Shown here: positions 53,327 to 64,000 of the stretch, piece after piece | How the letters are laid out: every line of letters begins with the position of its first letter | Position numbering within the stretch: position 1 is the first letter of the stretch | DNA from: Stylophora pistillata | Taxonomy: Eukaryota | Direction: 5' to 3' | DNA length: 64,000 bases | Assembly (NCBI RefSeq): GCF_002571385.2 | Contig: NW_019217784.1 | Span: forward strand, 977,218 to 1,041,217 | Made by a program: the position numbers and the translations under genes | Notes under the pieces: generated by a model | Told to the model about the DNA's origin: nothing | Database searches by the model: none | Seen by the model: only the letters and a program-made list of their open reading frames with translations

Positions 53327-55351
53327 GAGTCACATTCCATGCTTCATATCATGAAGGCCCTTATGAATGGAAAGGCTTCCTTGTCAAGGCTTGGAAAGTC
53401 AAAGTGCAGAAGTTACTGTAATGAAATAGTGAATTTAAAATAATCTAATAAATTTTGACTTTTTTTGTAATCATCAGGGAGAGACCTTAGGGAAATAGTA
53501 TTTTTATCTTCATTTAAATTCTGTTATATGAATAGTTTGCATTAAAAAAAAAAAAAAGACTAAATTGGAACTAGAAGTACAATGAGTAGAATTAGTGTTT
53601 TATACAAGTATTATATTCTCCAGTGTCTGCAAACACAGGTGGAATCATTGTTCAATTTTATTTCAGTGGACTTTAAAGAAAATCTTGATAACAGTGTTGA
53701 AAATAAAACAATCTTCAATTATAGTGAGCACATTCTGATCTAAATTTTCTTAAGACTTCATTATTATCTTGATTGATGTTTTACCTTTTGAAGGAGTAGT
53801 AATTTGATCAGCTGTGTTTGTTGTTGTTGTTAGTTTCATATCACCCTTTCTGGGTGAAGGATAATTTGGATTGACATATATTTAGTAAAAATTCTGTTTT
53901 GCCATAAGGGAGAATGTACAAAAGAGCAAGGTCTGTATCATAATAATGTCGATAGAATCAGACTTAAATTAACATTATTAACATTAATAGGATTAGTCCT
54001 AAAGCTCCTTGTAGATTTGGAGAAATAATTAGGTATTGAAACTGTCACTTTTAACCTTTAAGTTTTTTTTTCAATGAATGAAATTTACCAATTTAAAGAA
54101 AGAGCTACATGCAATTGGGTTAGAAATGATTGAAATGAATGGCCTTGAACGGAATCACCTGAGCTGTTGTCTCTGTATCGCATTACACTGTGGGTTGGTT
54201 CGTTTGTAATTTAAATGAATATTTTCAATGTAGGATTGTTTCTCAAGTCAAGGATTAAGTAACAGAGGCAACAATTTTTACATTGACTCTGTGAATGTTA
54301 TAATTTAGCAATTACTAAAGGTCATTTTTAATAGTTAATGATAATAATACAATTTACCCCTTGAAAGTCATCTTAAACACACCAGATTCAGGAATTTCAA
54401 TAGCATTCCAGAATTCTCAAATACAATTAATGTAATATGGTCTCTATATGATATTATGCTGCATACAGAAATAAGTATTAATGTAAAAATCATGATAGAA
54501 ATAATGAAAAGCTTTTAAACACAGTGTTTGAGATAGCTATGGAGATTTATTTACATGTAACCATTACTATTTAGATTTCTCACCACATCACACCTTGATT
54601 TCCAGTTAGGATTTCATTCTAGAGATAATTTCATCAGTCCGGCTTGTCGTCTTCGAACGTGCCGAATTCAGTAAGTATTAGAAAACCTAGATAAGTATAT
54701 TTTGAAACTTGGAATATTAAAATTTGAGCTAAATGTTGGACTTGGTGGAGCTCTTGATGTTTATGTAATTCAAATTCTAGAGATACCATTATATCAATCC
54801 GGCTAGAAAATCAACCCAGATTTTCCCAATGAAAACTACTCTCATCAGTACGGGAAAGATCACGAAGACTGAGACTCAATGCAAATGGAAGACAGATGCT
54901 CTGGATAACTGGAGTTGCACTTGATTCTAAGAGATCCTTTAAAACAGGATCTACCTATCGAGTGGCTTTTATTCCATATCTGACGCATCTATTAAACTCT
55001 GCCTTGTAGCACAGGTGGCCCAAGCTCTGTCACAGGCTCTTTCACAGTGAATAATTAAAGAGTTTGTATAGTGGTTTAGTTGGACTTGCTTTTGAGCTCC
55101 GTAAATGTAAAGTTGTGTGAAATAATCAAACAAATAAAGTCTTACCTTCTTAGAGAGTAGTCTGTGTTGTTCTCGCGATTTGAGGCCGTTTTGATGTGAT
55201 TTAGCTTGACGCCCTAAATTACCGTACTTTATGGACGGTAATTTAGGGCAGATCTTGGGTCACCCGTACCTGGTAGGTGTTCCTTTGTTATCTAGCTATG
55301 AGGTCGAAATAAGGTTAAAGCAGTAATGATCGGTTTTGTGGAACTATTCTC

Positions 55352-55691
55352 TAACCGCCTCCCGGTTAGCTCAGTTGGTTAGAGCGCCGGATTGTGATGT
55401 GCGGGAGGTCGAGGGTTCGAGCTCCGGCCGGACCGATACTCATGGTCTTAAAATAAGTGAGGATAATCTGCTACCTTTCTATAATCAAGAAATGGATAGA
55501 TATTCTAGTCTTCTCGGATAAGGACGAATAAACCGTACGCCCCGTCTCCTGCAGTGTTAGGGGTAGGAGACGTTAATTTCCCACGCACGAGATTACTGTG
55601 TCGTGGTTGTCCTCCCCTGGGGTGGGATGGGTGGAAATTGGCCCTGAAAAGCCCCCATGGGGAGTGGTCAACTAACGTATGTATGTATGTT
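55352..55691 (+). mobile_element. Full-length tRNA-derived SINE with (TATG)n tail
   Basis: A box TAGCTCAGTTGG, B box GGTTCGAGCTCC, body shared with two other copies in the window, 3' GTATGTATGTATGT. Confidence 0.85.
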
Positions 55692-57166
55692 AGTGTAAAA
55701 ATTATTGTCTGTGCCAATTTGATTTCTTACGCAGCTTGCATAAAAAAGCATATGGGATTGACTCAGCTTTGTTTCAAGAGGAATTGATTTCCAGTTGGCT
55801 TTGAAATTGAAAACAAACTTATTGTCTTATGAGTTTCTTAGAGATATTTTCAATACTGGACTTGAGTAACGAAGAATAACAAAGAATATTTTCATTACAT
55901 GCTGAACGCTCTTCAGTTAGCATGGTTTCAAGAAAAACTTTAACGAATAAATTTTTAACAGTTGTTTTTGAGATAATTTCCCACATTCCGTATAATTTCA
56001 GGGTGGCTCGAAATGGTTTCGTTATCTTTTAACAGTAATTCTTCGATGGATCATGGCTTTCACACATTTAGCACTGAACTGCATCAGCATATCACGTATC
56101 AGAATCTATCCAGTCTTTATGTACTGACAAGTCAGAGCCACCTTCATGTTTTGATAAATTCAAGGTGGCTCTGAACGTGGCTCATAACAGATTTGTTCAA
56201 AATTTGACAAAACGATGAGAATTGATGATAAGCCGATACAATTCAATGACAAAAGATGAGTTAACTAAATAAGGTGTGTTTTTAAGAGACTGTAGTGCTA
56301 CCGAGGTAACTAGGTATTTCATACACAGTGGCATCCGAAGTGACCACATCTTGACAGAAATGATTTAAAGTTCTCTTCAATTGAGGATCTTGTTCCTGCA
56401 GACCAGCAAGATGTAAGAGTTTGAAGATTGTAATCATTCTTGTTCAAACATGAGTCAGCGAAATTTCTCTGGTAATGGTTTGTTTTAATGTCTACCTTGG
56501 AATGGGAAAAGTCCATTAAACAATGAACTTCATTCTTAAGATGATGCCTTGTTTTGTTTGCTGCGAATAAACGAGATGTGAAATGTCCAAAGATGAAAAG
56601 GCAGCTTGCTGAATCAAAGAGAGCCAGCTAAACGCTCATGGCTGTCAGTTTACTACTTCTTCCGTCCGTTCATTAGCTCAGAAATTTGTTAAGAAGCACA
56701 TTTCTGTTTTTATTTATTTAATTTTTGAGGCACACAGGCACCCAGCACGGTTAAAAAAATTGCTCGACAAACTACTCTGAATTACTAGCCGAATTAAACA
56801 CAACGATAGACGTTGTTTTAAGAAAAGTACGAATGTTCCGGGCTCAGTGAAAACCTTCTATTAATTTTACTAGAATTCTACTTAACTACTGTACTGCGTA
56901 ACTAAGGCCTGGAAATATGTAAAAGTGAACAGTATATCTTTTTTTCAAACTTGCCTATTCTTCTAAGAACGACTATTTTTTTATTTATCACCCGCCGGGC
57001 CTCCGTAACAAGGCAGGAGAAAAAAAAAAAAAACAATTGTTTATTTTTAATTTTTTATAGTACCTCCGACCCGTGACAGGTTGTCAAGTTTGTAACACGA
57101 ACACTAATAGCAAACAGTTTTATTAAACCCTCAAGTCCTCCATACTCCAGTTTACTTTTCATCATC

Positions 57167-60100
57167 ATGTTAAGCAAGTTGACGTTGTTCTTCATTTTGG
57201 TGGCCCCTACAAAAACTTCTAATACCGCCGATTTAGGACACAAAGGAGCTCTCAAAAACTCAGGTAAGAAGAGGCTAGGATTTTTTTCTTAATTCCTGTT
57301 AAACATGCGAATGAAATTTTATACTTAGTTACACTAATGAAGCCAACTCCGAGGACACAACGATCTTGGATGATGAATTATAGTTTTTAGGAAGAGTCAA
57401 ACAAAACGTGCTACTTCGCTTTTGTAATTCATCTTATTGCATAATGCCTCGTGCCCAAAACCCATTTCACCCATTTCTACTTGCTTGTTCTCCAGTCATT
57501 CAGTGAATGGCTCAAATTGAAGCTATCATCTCTGAAAGCCGGCAGACCTTGTCACACTGGGTTATCACTGATCTTATTTAACTCGAACATATTCTCGAAA
57601 ACTCGGCTACTTTTGGTCGCTTTTCAAGATGTCAAGTACAAATCGTTCATCGCGTGTATCACCAGTTTTCAGGAGCGGGTTTAATGTTGGTGTTCACGGT
57701 AGGGGGGGAATAAACGCAAACTGAACAGGGTCTTCACAGACCGCGGGTGAGTTTTCCTCGATAACATTCAAGACAAGTCAAAGAAATTTTAGGTGCATCA
57801 GGCAGGGGTCGAGCCTATGGCCCTCTAGAAAAGTTGTAGCTATTTACGACTCAGTTATTGAAGACTCGAGATACCTCAGCAATCAAACCTGCCGTTTTCA
57901 TTCATATACTTGCGAAAAACATAACTGATTGTTTTTCTTTACAACGCTGCTAAGCGCCAATGAGTCGCCGCTATTCAATTGAAACATAGAAACTAACAAG
58001 GAAAGTTATCAGGAGGCTTCTTTAACACGTTGATTTTTGTAAGGTCGCAAGAATTTCTTTTTTTAGTAATTATTTCAGTAAAAACACTGACTTTGTCTCT
58101 GTCTGAGATTGTTTGCTTTTTCACTGGTCTAGAAATAACAGTTGGCCAAAGAAAACCGAGAGATGACATTTAGTTAGATTAGTTTATGTCGAGTGCATCT
58201 GTTCCCTGTAAATTTTATTCCTTGAGTAAATGGCTACCATAACTACAATCCATGTGGCCTTTTATGTCCTCATTTTCACCCTCAGTTTGAAAGACACTTG
58301 TTTCAAATTTTCGTGACCTTCTCCAAGGCCACCTGCAATCGTATGAAAAGAACATGCAACGATAGCCCGCTGAAGATTTTAATGAATTTTACCATGGCAG
58401 AAAGATCAATTACTAAGGCGAGTATTCCTAACAAAAAAATATTACATTTTTATCAAAATTTGTAGAAAAATTGAAAAACAAACACAACATGTTTTTACCC
58501 AGTTTACTTGGAGTTTTTCATTCAAGGTTCCTCTTGTAAGATCCATACGTTTTCGCTATCCGTGCAAAGTTTTGGTGTCTAGGTGGAGATTCGACAAGAA
58601 TACATGTTTTTTTTTTATTTTTTTTTTATAAACATCAGTCACCTGTTCTCTGGCATGATGAGCCATGTTACATTATCTATCCGAGTGTTACTGGTTGCCA
58701 CGTGGACATTACTGAAACAGTTCTTCACAGTGGCTGTGGGTGTACATTGTCTTCTTCGTGAAGAAGGTTCAACAGTGACTCAGAGAGAATTGACACATCA
58801 CCTGGGAATGCAAATATAATTTGAACCAGACCTTACTCTTCTTGTTGGGGAAAATTCTGCGTGTCATCTTAAACTCAGGTCATGAATGTTTCGGAAGTGA
58901 CCTTTTTTATGTTCATAATTTCGCCTGGACACCAAAATCAGAATTAGTTTTACCCAGTTGTAAACTTTTGGGTAGGGCCACTCTACCCTTGTTAGGGAGT
59001 TTAAGGAAACCAAGAATGCAACAGCAACGGGAACGTCATTAAACAAAAGGTTCGTTACAAATGTTTGTTAATTTCGTTGCGTTCTCAACAACAACGAAAA
59101 TTACCAAACTTTGCGTTATTTAGACGGAAAGTGAACAACGACGACTATTTGTTTTTTTTTAATTTCCATATATAATTTAACGCTGTGTTCCATATTCAGT
59201 TTTGTAATAGTTTTGACAGTGAGAAACAAACTAAATGACTTAAGAGTATCACGATATTCGAAGGTAAAATAGAAGTTGGTTTTTTAACTGACGTTGTCCA
59301 CGGCGTCGCTGTTGTAGTTTCTTGAGGTCCCTGTTATCAGACTTGACTACCGATTCATTGTTCCGTCAGCGGACTGAACTTTTGAGTCATCAAAATATTA
59401 ATCCGGCAGATGCGAAACGGCGTCTGTAATTAGTAGACGACACTTGTGTATGAAAATAAGTAGGAGCTCTCAAGCATAATTGTATCCGGTTATTTTTGGT
59501 GAAATTCAATAGCTCTTTTCACCATCTTAAATCAGTTTTTCAAAAGGCACTATTTTATACTTGGAAGGTTAAATGGCCGAGGTTTTCCTTTTTTTGAAGC
59601 TCTTTAGGCCAAAAATGGCGATTGCACTTGATTGAAAATGGTGGTTAAACTGAGTGGAGTGCAATTTGGTCCGAATTCATACAAGTGATTTCGAAATTGG
59701 ACGAGCGTGCAGCGCGAGTTTGATTTGAAATCGCAAGCACGATTTCATACCAAAATTGCACGATGCAAAGTTTAATTACTAATTTTTTACATGCATTTCG
59801 AAATCGCAAAATTCAGCATATCATGGATCCGGAGCTGAGCTGGTTTGAAAAAGTTGTTTAAACAAGCCTTGGAATAAGATTAGTCGTTGTGTTTTAATAA
59901 AGATCTCTCGCAGGTTGAGGAAAAGATGCGATTTAGGGCCAAAACCGGTGCGATTCGTGAATAAATCGCATCAAAAAGAGCCAATCAGATTGCGAGGATC
60001 ACCATTGGTTTCAAAATTGATGTAAAAAAGCCCGTACTTTCCTATGTTTTCACCTTTCATGTAGCAGATCGTGTCTCCTCACCAATAATGCAAAGTGATA

Positions 60101-61189
60101 GAAGAGGGAATTGTAAGTTACTGGCCCTGGATAATTGTACATTGATACTGGGCTGTCAAGGATTAAAACAGTCAAAACAGTAGCTTAAACTTCCGTTAAC
60201 AAACAGAAACTCTTTTCCGTTTAATTTAGATCCACAGTTATACCAAAGTGAAGGATGCTACGAAGCAAAGTCAATGCAAGATGCTGGTGTTAATCTCGGA
60301 TACCTTGGTAATTTTGCTATCAGCGAATGCGCTGAGCTTGCCTTAAAAAGAGGTTTCTCCGAGTTTGGTCTTTTTCAAGGAGGCTTGTGTAAAGGTGGAA
60401 GCAATCTGCAAGGAATGGTTTCTGAAACTTCTGTTACCTGCAGAAATGGTGTGGGAGGAGAGGATTCTGTGGAACTGTACTCGCTTAAGCTGTCAGGTCA
60501 GATATCAGTTTGTATTCCTACGCGAAGTTAAAGGTGCCTTCTGATCGGTTGTCAGTAAACAAAACCAAAGGAAGCGCAATCATGGGTCCAATAATCACGC
60601 TGTTTTAACAAAGATAAATCACAGAGGAGACCAATAAGAACTCAAAGTGCTCCTACGTAATGGGCTAAAGCGTGAGAAAACGCGCGAGTGCAAATCGCGA
60701 TCGCTTTAAGTTGGCATTTGATTTGTTAAGGTGATGCTAGTTATCTAAATCTACCGCCAGGAGAACTTAAGTCAAACCGATGTGATTCGACTCACAATTA
60801 GAAATTGCTGTAAGGAAAAAAGTTAAGTTATTGTGTTGAAACGACTCTGTTCGAGCCTTTTCTCTCACTGAAGGTTCCTGTTCAAAATAGAATTTATGAA
60901 TACACCGAGATATGTCCATTTGAATATTAACAGGAAGATAGTCTAAGTGAAACGTTAAAGCTAAACTTACCTTAGTTAACTTAAGTACGTAAATCTGCGG
61001 AAAATGGCTTCTCAATCAATGGAAAACCAAAGTTAAGATAGATTCTCTCCTACTTATCATTGCTAGACCAGAGATATACAAACAATATATTGAAAGTGAA
61101 AAGGGTTCAACGCAGGGTTGGCGTAGTGGTGAGTGCGCTCGCCTTCCCCCAATGTGTCCCGGGTTTGATTCCCGGACCCGGCGTCATAT

Positions 61190-61221
<32 letters not shown>

Positions 61222-63938
61222 CCGAGAGGTTTTTCTCCGGGTACTCCGGCTTTCCCCTCTCCTCAAAAACCATCATCATTTGAATTTATTTAATTCAGAG
61301 TTAATTTGGATTTACACACGACCCCACAAGCTGTTCAGCTTTAAACATTATCGTGTCTAAATAAAGGTGTTATTATTATTATTATTATTATTATTATCAT
61401 TATTATTAAACAACGAAATTTTAACAACAACTGAAACACATTCCTCCCTTTAACATTCTCGAAATTGATATTTTATCTTTCTCACTGACAGCCATTGCCT
61501 GTCCAATTGAGTCTTCGGACAAAGCCAGTAAATCATGCCAGACACAGAGACAACATGAAACAGCTAAAACCAGAGAGGATTACGAACTCAGCAAAGGCGA
61601 TGACTACTTAAAAATTCCACGCATTAACAAGAACACAGCGGAAGTGTTCCTCATGCTGAAAAAAGACCCCTTGGATAATCACTGGATCTCATTGTACAAC
61701 CAAACTATTTACAAAAACTTTGGTCTTTTCTTTTTACTTAATAATTTAACGGGAGGAAAAGATATTGATTACAATAAAGTATACAAGTTCTTCGTTGATC
61801 GTCAACGACATCAACACTTTGTCCGTCCGGTATGGATTACTCTTAGCGATATTTACATGAATTAGCTAATGCTTCTCTAATGAAATCTCGAGTTTTGATA
61901 GTTTTAAACTACCCGGAGATACCTGTGTATAGGGCTTCAAGTAGCTGACTATAAAATATATCTAAAGGAAGCAGGTTATATTATGGTTTTTTAGAATTAC
62001 ATCGTTTCCTTAAATTTGTTGTCACCTATGACCGTCATAGTTGACTGCATTAATTAGGTCTGCATGACCTTTCTTAAACAGTTTGTCGTAGAGTTTAATG
62101 AGCTTATTTCTTTTTTCGTAGGAAGACCAAAAGTTTTTTCGTTTTGCTTTTCAAGACACGAGCAACCCATTTAAAGATGTATCTGATCTGTCTCTTTGGA
62201 GAGATGATGACATCTTTACTGATCAGCGATTGGCTGGTATGAACCCAATGGCCATTCAGAGGGTTTCGAGTCCAGGTGATCAGGCCATCATTTGGATGAT
62301 AACTTACAAAGCGCACTCATAGAGATCATGACATAAATCACTTCACTTTAAAGGCTTTTCATCCTTCTAGATATTTCTTTTCATTTGAACCTTTCAGGCA
62401 AGCGAGGAGGAGTGAGCTGGAAAAAATTGTGTGGAAAGTTAAACCCAAGATTCGACTGGCAAGGAGCGATACAAGACGTGCTTGGAAAGAGTATATCAGT
62501 TAATCGGGTGCGTGTGCCATTTGGGGACATTATTTATGGGTTCTGATGTCACATTCTTTCTTTATAACACTTCTAGCTTGTTGCGTTTGAAGTAGTAGCA
62601 TGGTTCTGTTTCGAGGGGGATGGGGAGAGGGTGGGTTTGGAAGTGGTTTGTAAAAGATTTCTGTTTCGCAGTTTACATTTCCTTGGTGCCACCCAGACTC
62701 GACCCTAAGGCGCTTTTCCCTTGAATGTGCCTTTCTCTCTAAAATCTAGTGCTTGGGACGAGGTTGAGTACGCAAGATGATGTATTCGTCTCGACCGAAG
62801 CTTGTTTAAGAATTAGATGCCTCCAATTTGTAACTACCTAAGTTGAAGAATGTCTTCCTAGTCATTCATTCAATTGAAAGCGGCTGTGTTTAATTCCGAA
62901 ATAGGAGCGTTAATCGTCCCCCTTCCCCACCCCGCATGGAAAAGAGAACACAACGCACAAAGTATGAATCTAAGGAAATGCGTGCTCAAATTTGTACAAA
63001 GACGTCTCAAATACGCAAGCGGCAAAGGTTAATTCAAAGCTCTTGCACCTGTAACAGGCAATACGCGGAGGTTATATCTTCGTGGTACACTATCCCTTAT
63101 ATGACGGACTAAATACGGTGAAGGATCCTCTTGGAGAACTGATGGAAGCAAACTCACCAATCGCCATATTTGCATCTAAACCCAGTCATCAAAAGCTCCC
63201 AAACAGGCTAAAACCAGTGGCCATTCAGATAAACAGTTCCCCAGGTAACATATCCACAAAGTTATACGTTTGCATATTTACCACAGTACCACGAAATTAT
63301 ACTGGAAAACTCTCTACCAACAAATCACGACATAAATGCTGGATGGATTTCACACTTTGCGAAAACATATCAATAAAACCTCGTATCTTATTCTTTGTTC
63401 CAATTAATGATAGATTCCAGTTGTACATCCAACACCACTGAATTTGTTGCTTTGTTGATTTCTTATGATGCCAAAGAATGCAGAGACAGGGAAAACCCTC
63501 AGCAAGCGGTATTCTGTTGCATTAATCAGATCTAACATGTAAAAACTTCCCATCTTACTTCTATTCCCTCTAGATTCTCCAGTTTATACCCCAGAAAATA
63601 GCCAGTTATGGCAGATGGCTAAACATGTGCTCCAAGTTGCAGACTTCGCTCAAACTCAAATTGTGGAACATCTTTACAAAATCCATTTGTATATGGAGCC
63701 TATCTGTGTCTGCATGCATCGGCGCCTGTCAAAATTGCATCCTCTTCACCAGCTACTAAAGCACCATTGTAGGGGTCTGCTTGGAACAAACGCGCTTGGA
63801 TATCCATTTCTGATGGCACCGGGTAATGGATCCATCGAAAAGCTCATGTCAGTTGGTCTACAAGGTGCTTTGACAATGATGAAAAGAGCCTATAAAGACC
63901 TTTCCTGGGAAGAAACGGATTTTTTAGCCAACATTGAG
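57167..63938 (+). CDS. Lipoxygenase with N-terminal signal peptide and WSC-like domain (5' part; continues past the window)
   Basis: Exons 57167-57263, 60230-60496, 61492-61829, 62122-62275, 62398-62507, 63058-63244, 63574-63938, all GT-AG and phase-consistent. LOX motifs WRDDDIFTDQRLAGMNP, LKPVAIQI, WQMAK, QIVEHLYKIHLYMEP, LHPLHQLLKHH. Confidence 0.85.
58993..59333. mobile_element. MITE with AGGGAG/CTTTAAG-type termini
   Basis: AGGGAGTTTAAGGAAAC at left, GTTTCTTGAGGTCCCT at right (imperfect inverted repeat). Confidence 0.5.
61113..61407 (+). mobile_element. tRNA-derived SINE with V-domain-like core and (ATT)n tail
   Basis: A box TGGCGTAGTGG, B box GGTTTGATTCC, core GAGTTTG..GGTTTTTCTCCGGGTACTCCGGCTTTCCCC resembling V-SINE cores, AATAAA followed by (ATT)n. 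Confidence 0.8.
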
Positions 63939-64000
63939 GTTGGTGCTGAATTATCTATTAAATTTTTTATATAAATCGTGTTCCTTAAAACATAATGGAC

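Noticed and set aside
58230-58316. Alternative hydrophobic first exon for the lipoxygenase (MATITTIHVAFYVLIF..)
   Set aside because: No strong donor before the stop; 57167-57263 has a consensus phase-compatible donor

Overview
AT-rich, intron-containing animal genomic DNA. The gene and repeat content suggests a cnidarian, probably a stony coral (inference). Genes from left to right: (1) a probable first exon of a gene running off the left edge (-); (2) a 16-exon type I membrane receptor with six SRCR domains interleaved with furin-like Cys-rich repeats, an EGF-like module, four Ig domains, a TM helix and a short tail (-, 1959-19897); (3) two convergent TMEM163-like (cation diffusion facilitator) paralogs with intronless CDSs; (4) SLC35A4-like nucleotide-sugar transporter (-), head-to-head with dolichol kinase (+); (5) an SHB/SHD/SHE/SHF-family SH2 adaptor (+); (6) a lipoxygenase running off the right edge (+). 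The lipoxygenase has a signal peptide and a WSC-like exon in place of the usual PLAT domain. Repeats include tRNA-derived SINEs, MITEs, LINE fragments, a 41-bp purine minisatellite and a Penelope-type foldback with degenerate hammerhead motifs. The two most striking features are the apparently secreted WSC-lipoxygenase and an inverted tandem array of 247-bp units, each carrying a tRNA-like cloverleaf. The whole array is flanked by one 14-bp target-site duplication and encloses a stray RGS-domain exon next to an N. All exon models and family calls were made by eye, without database searches.
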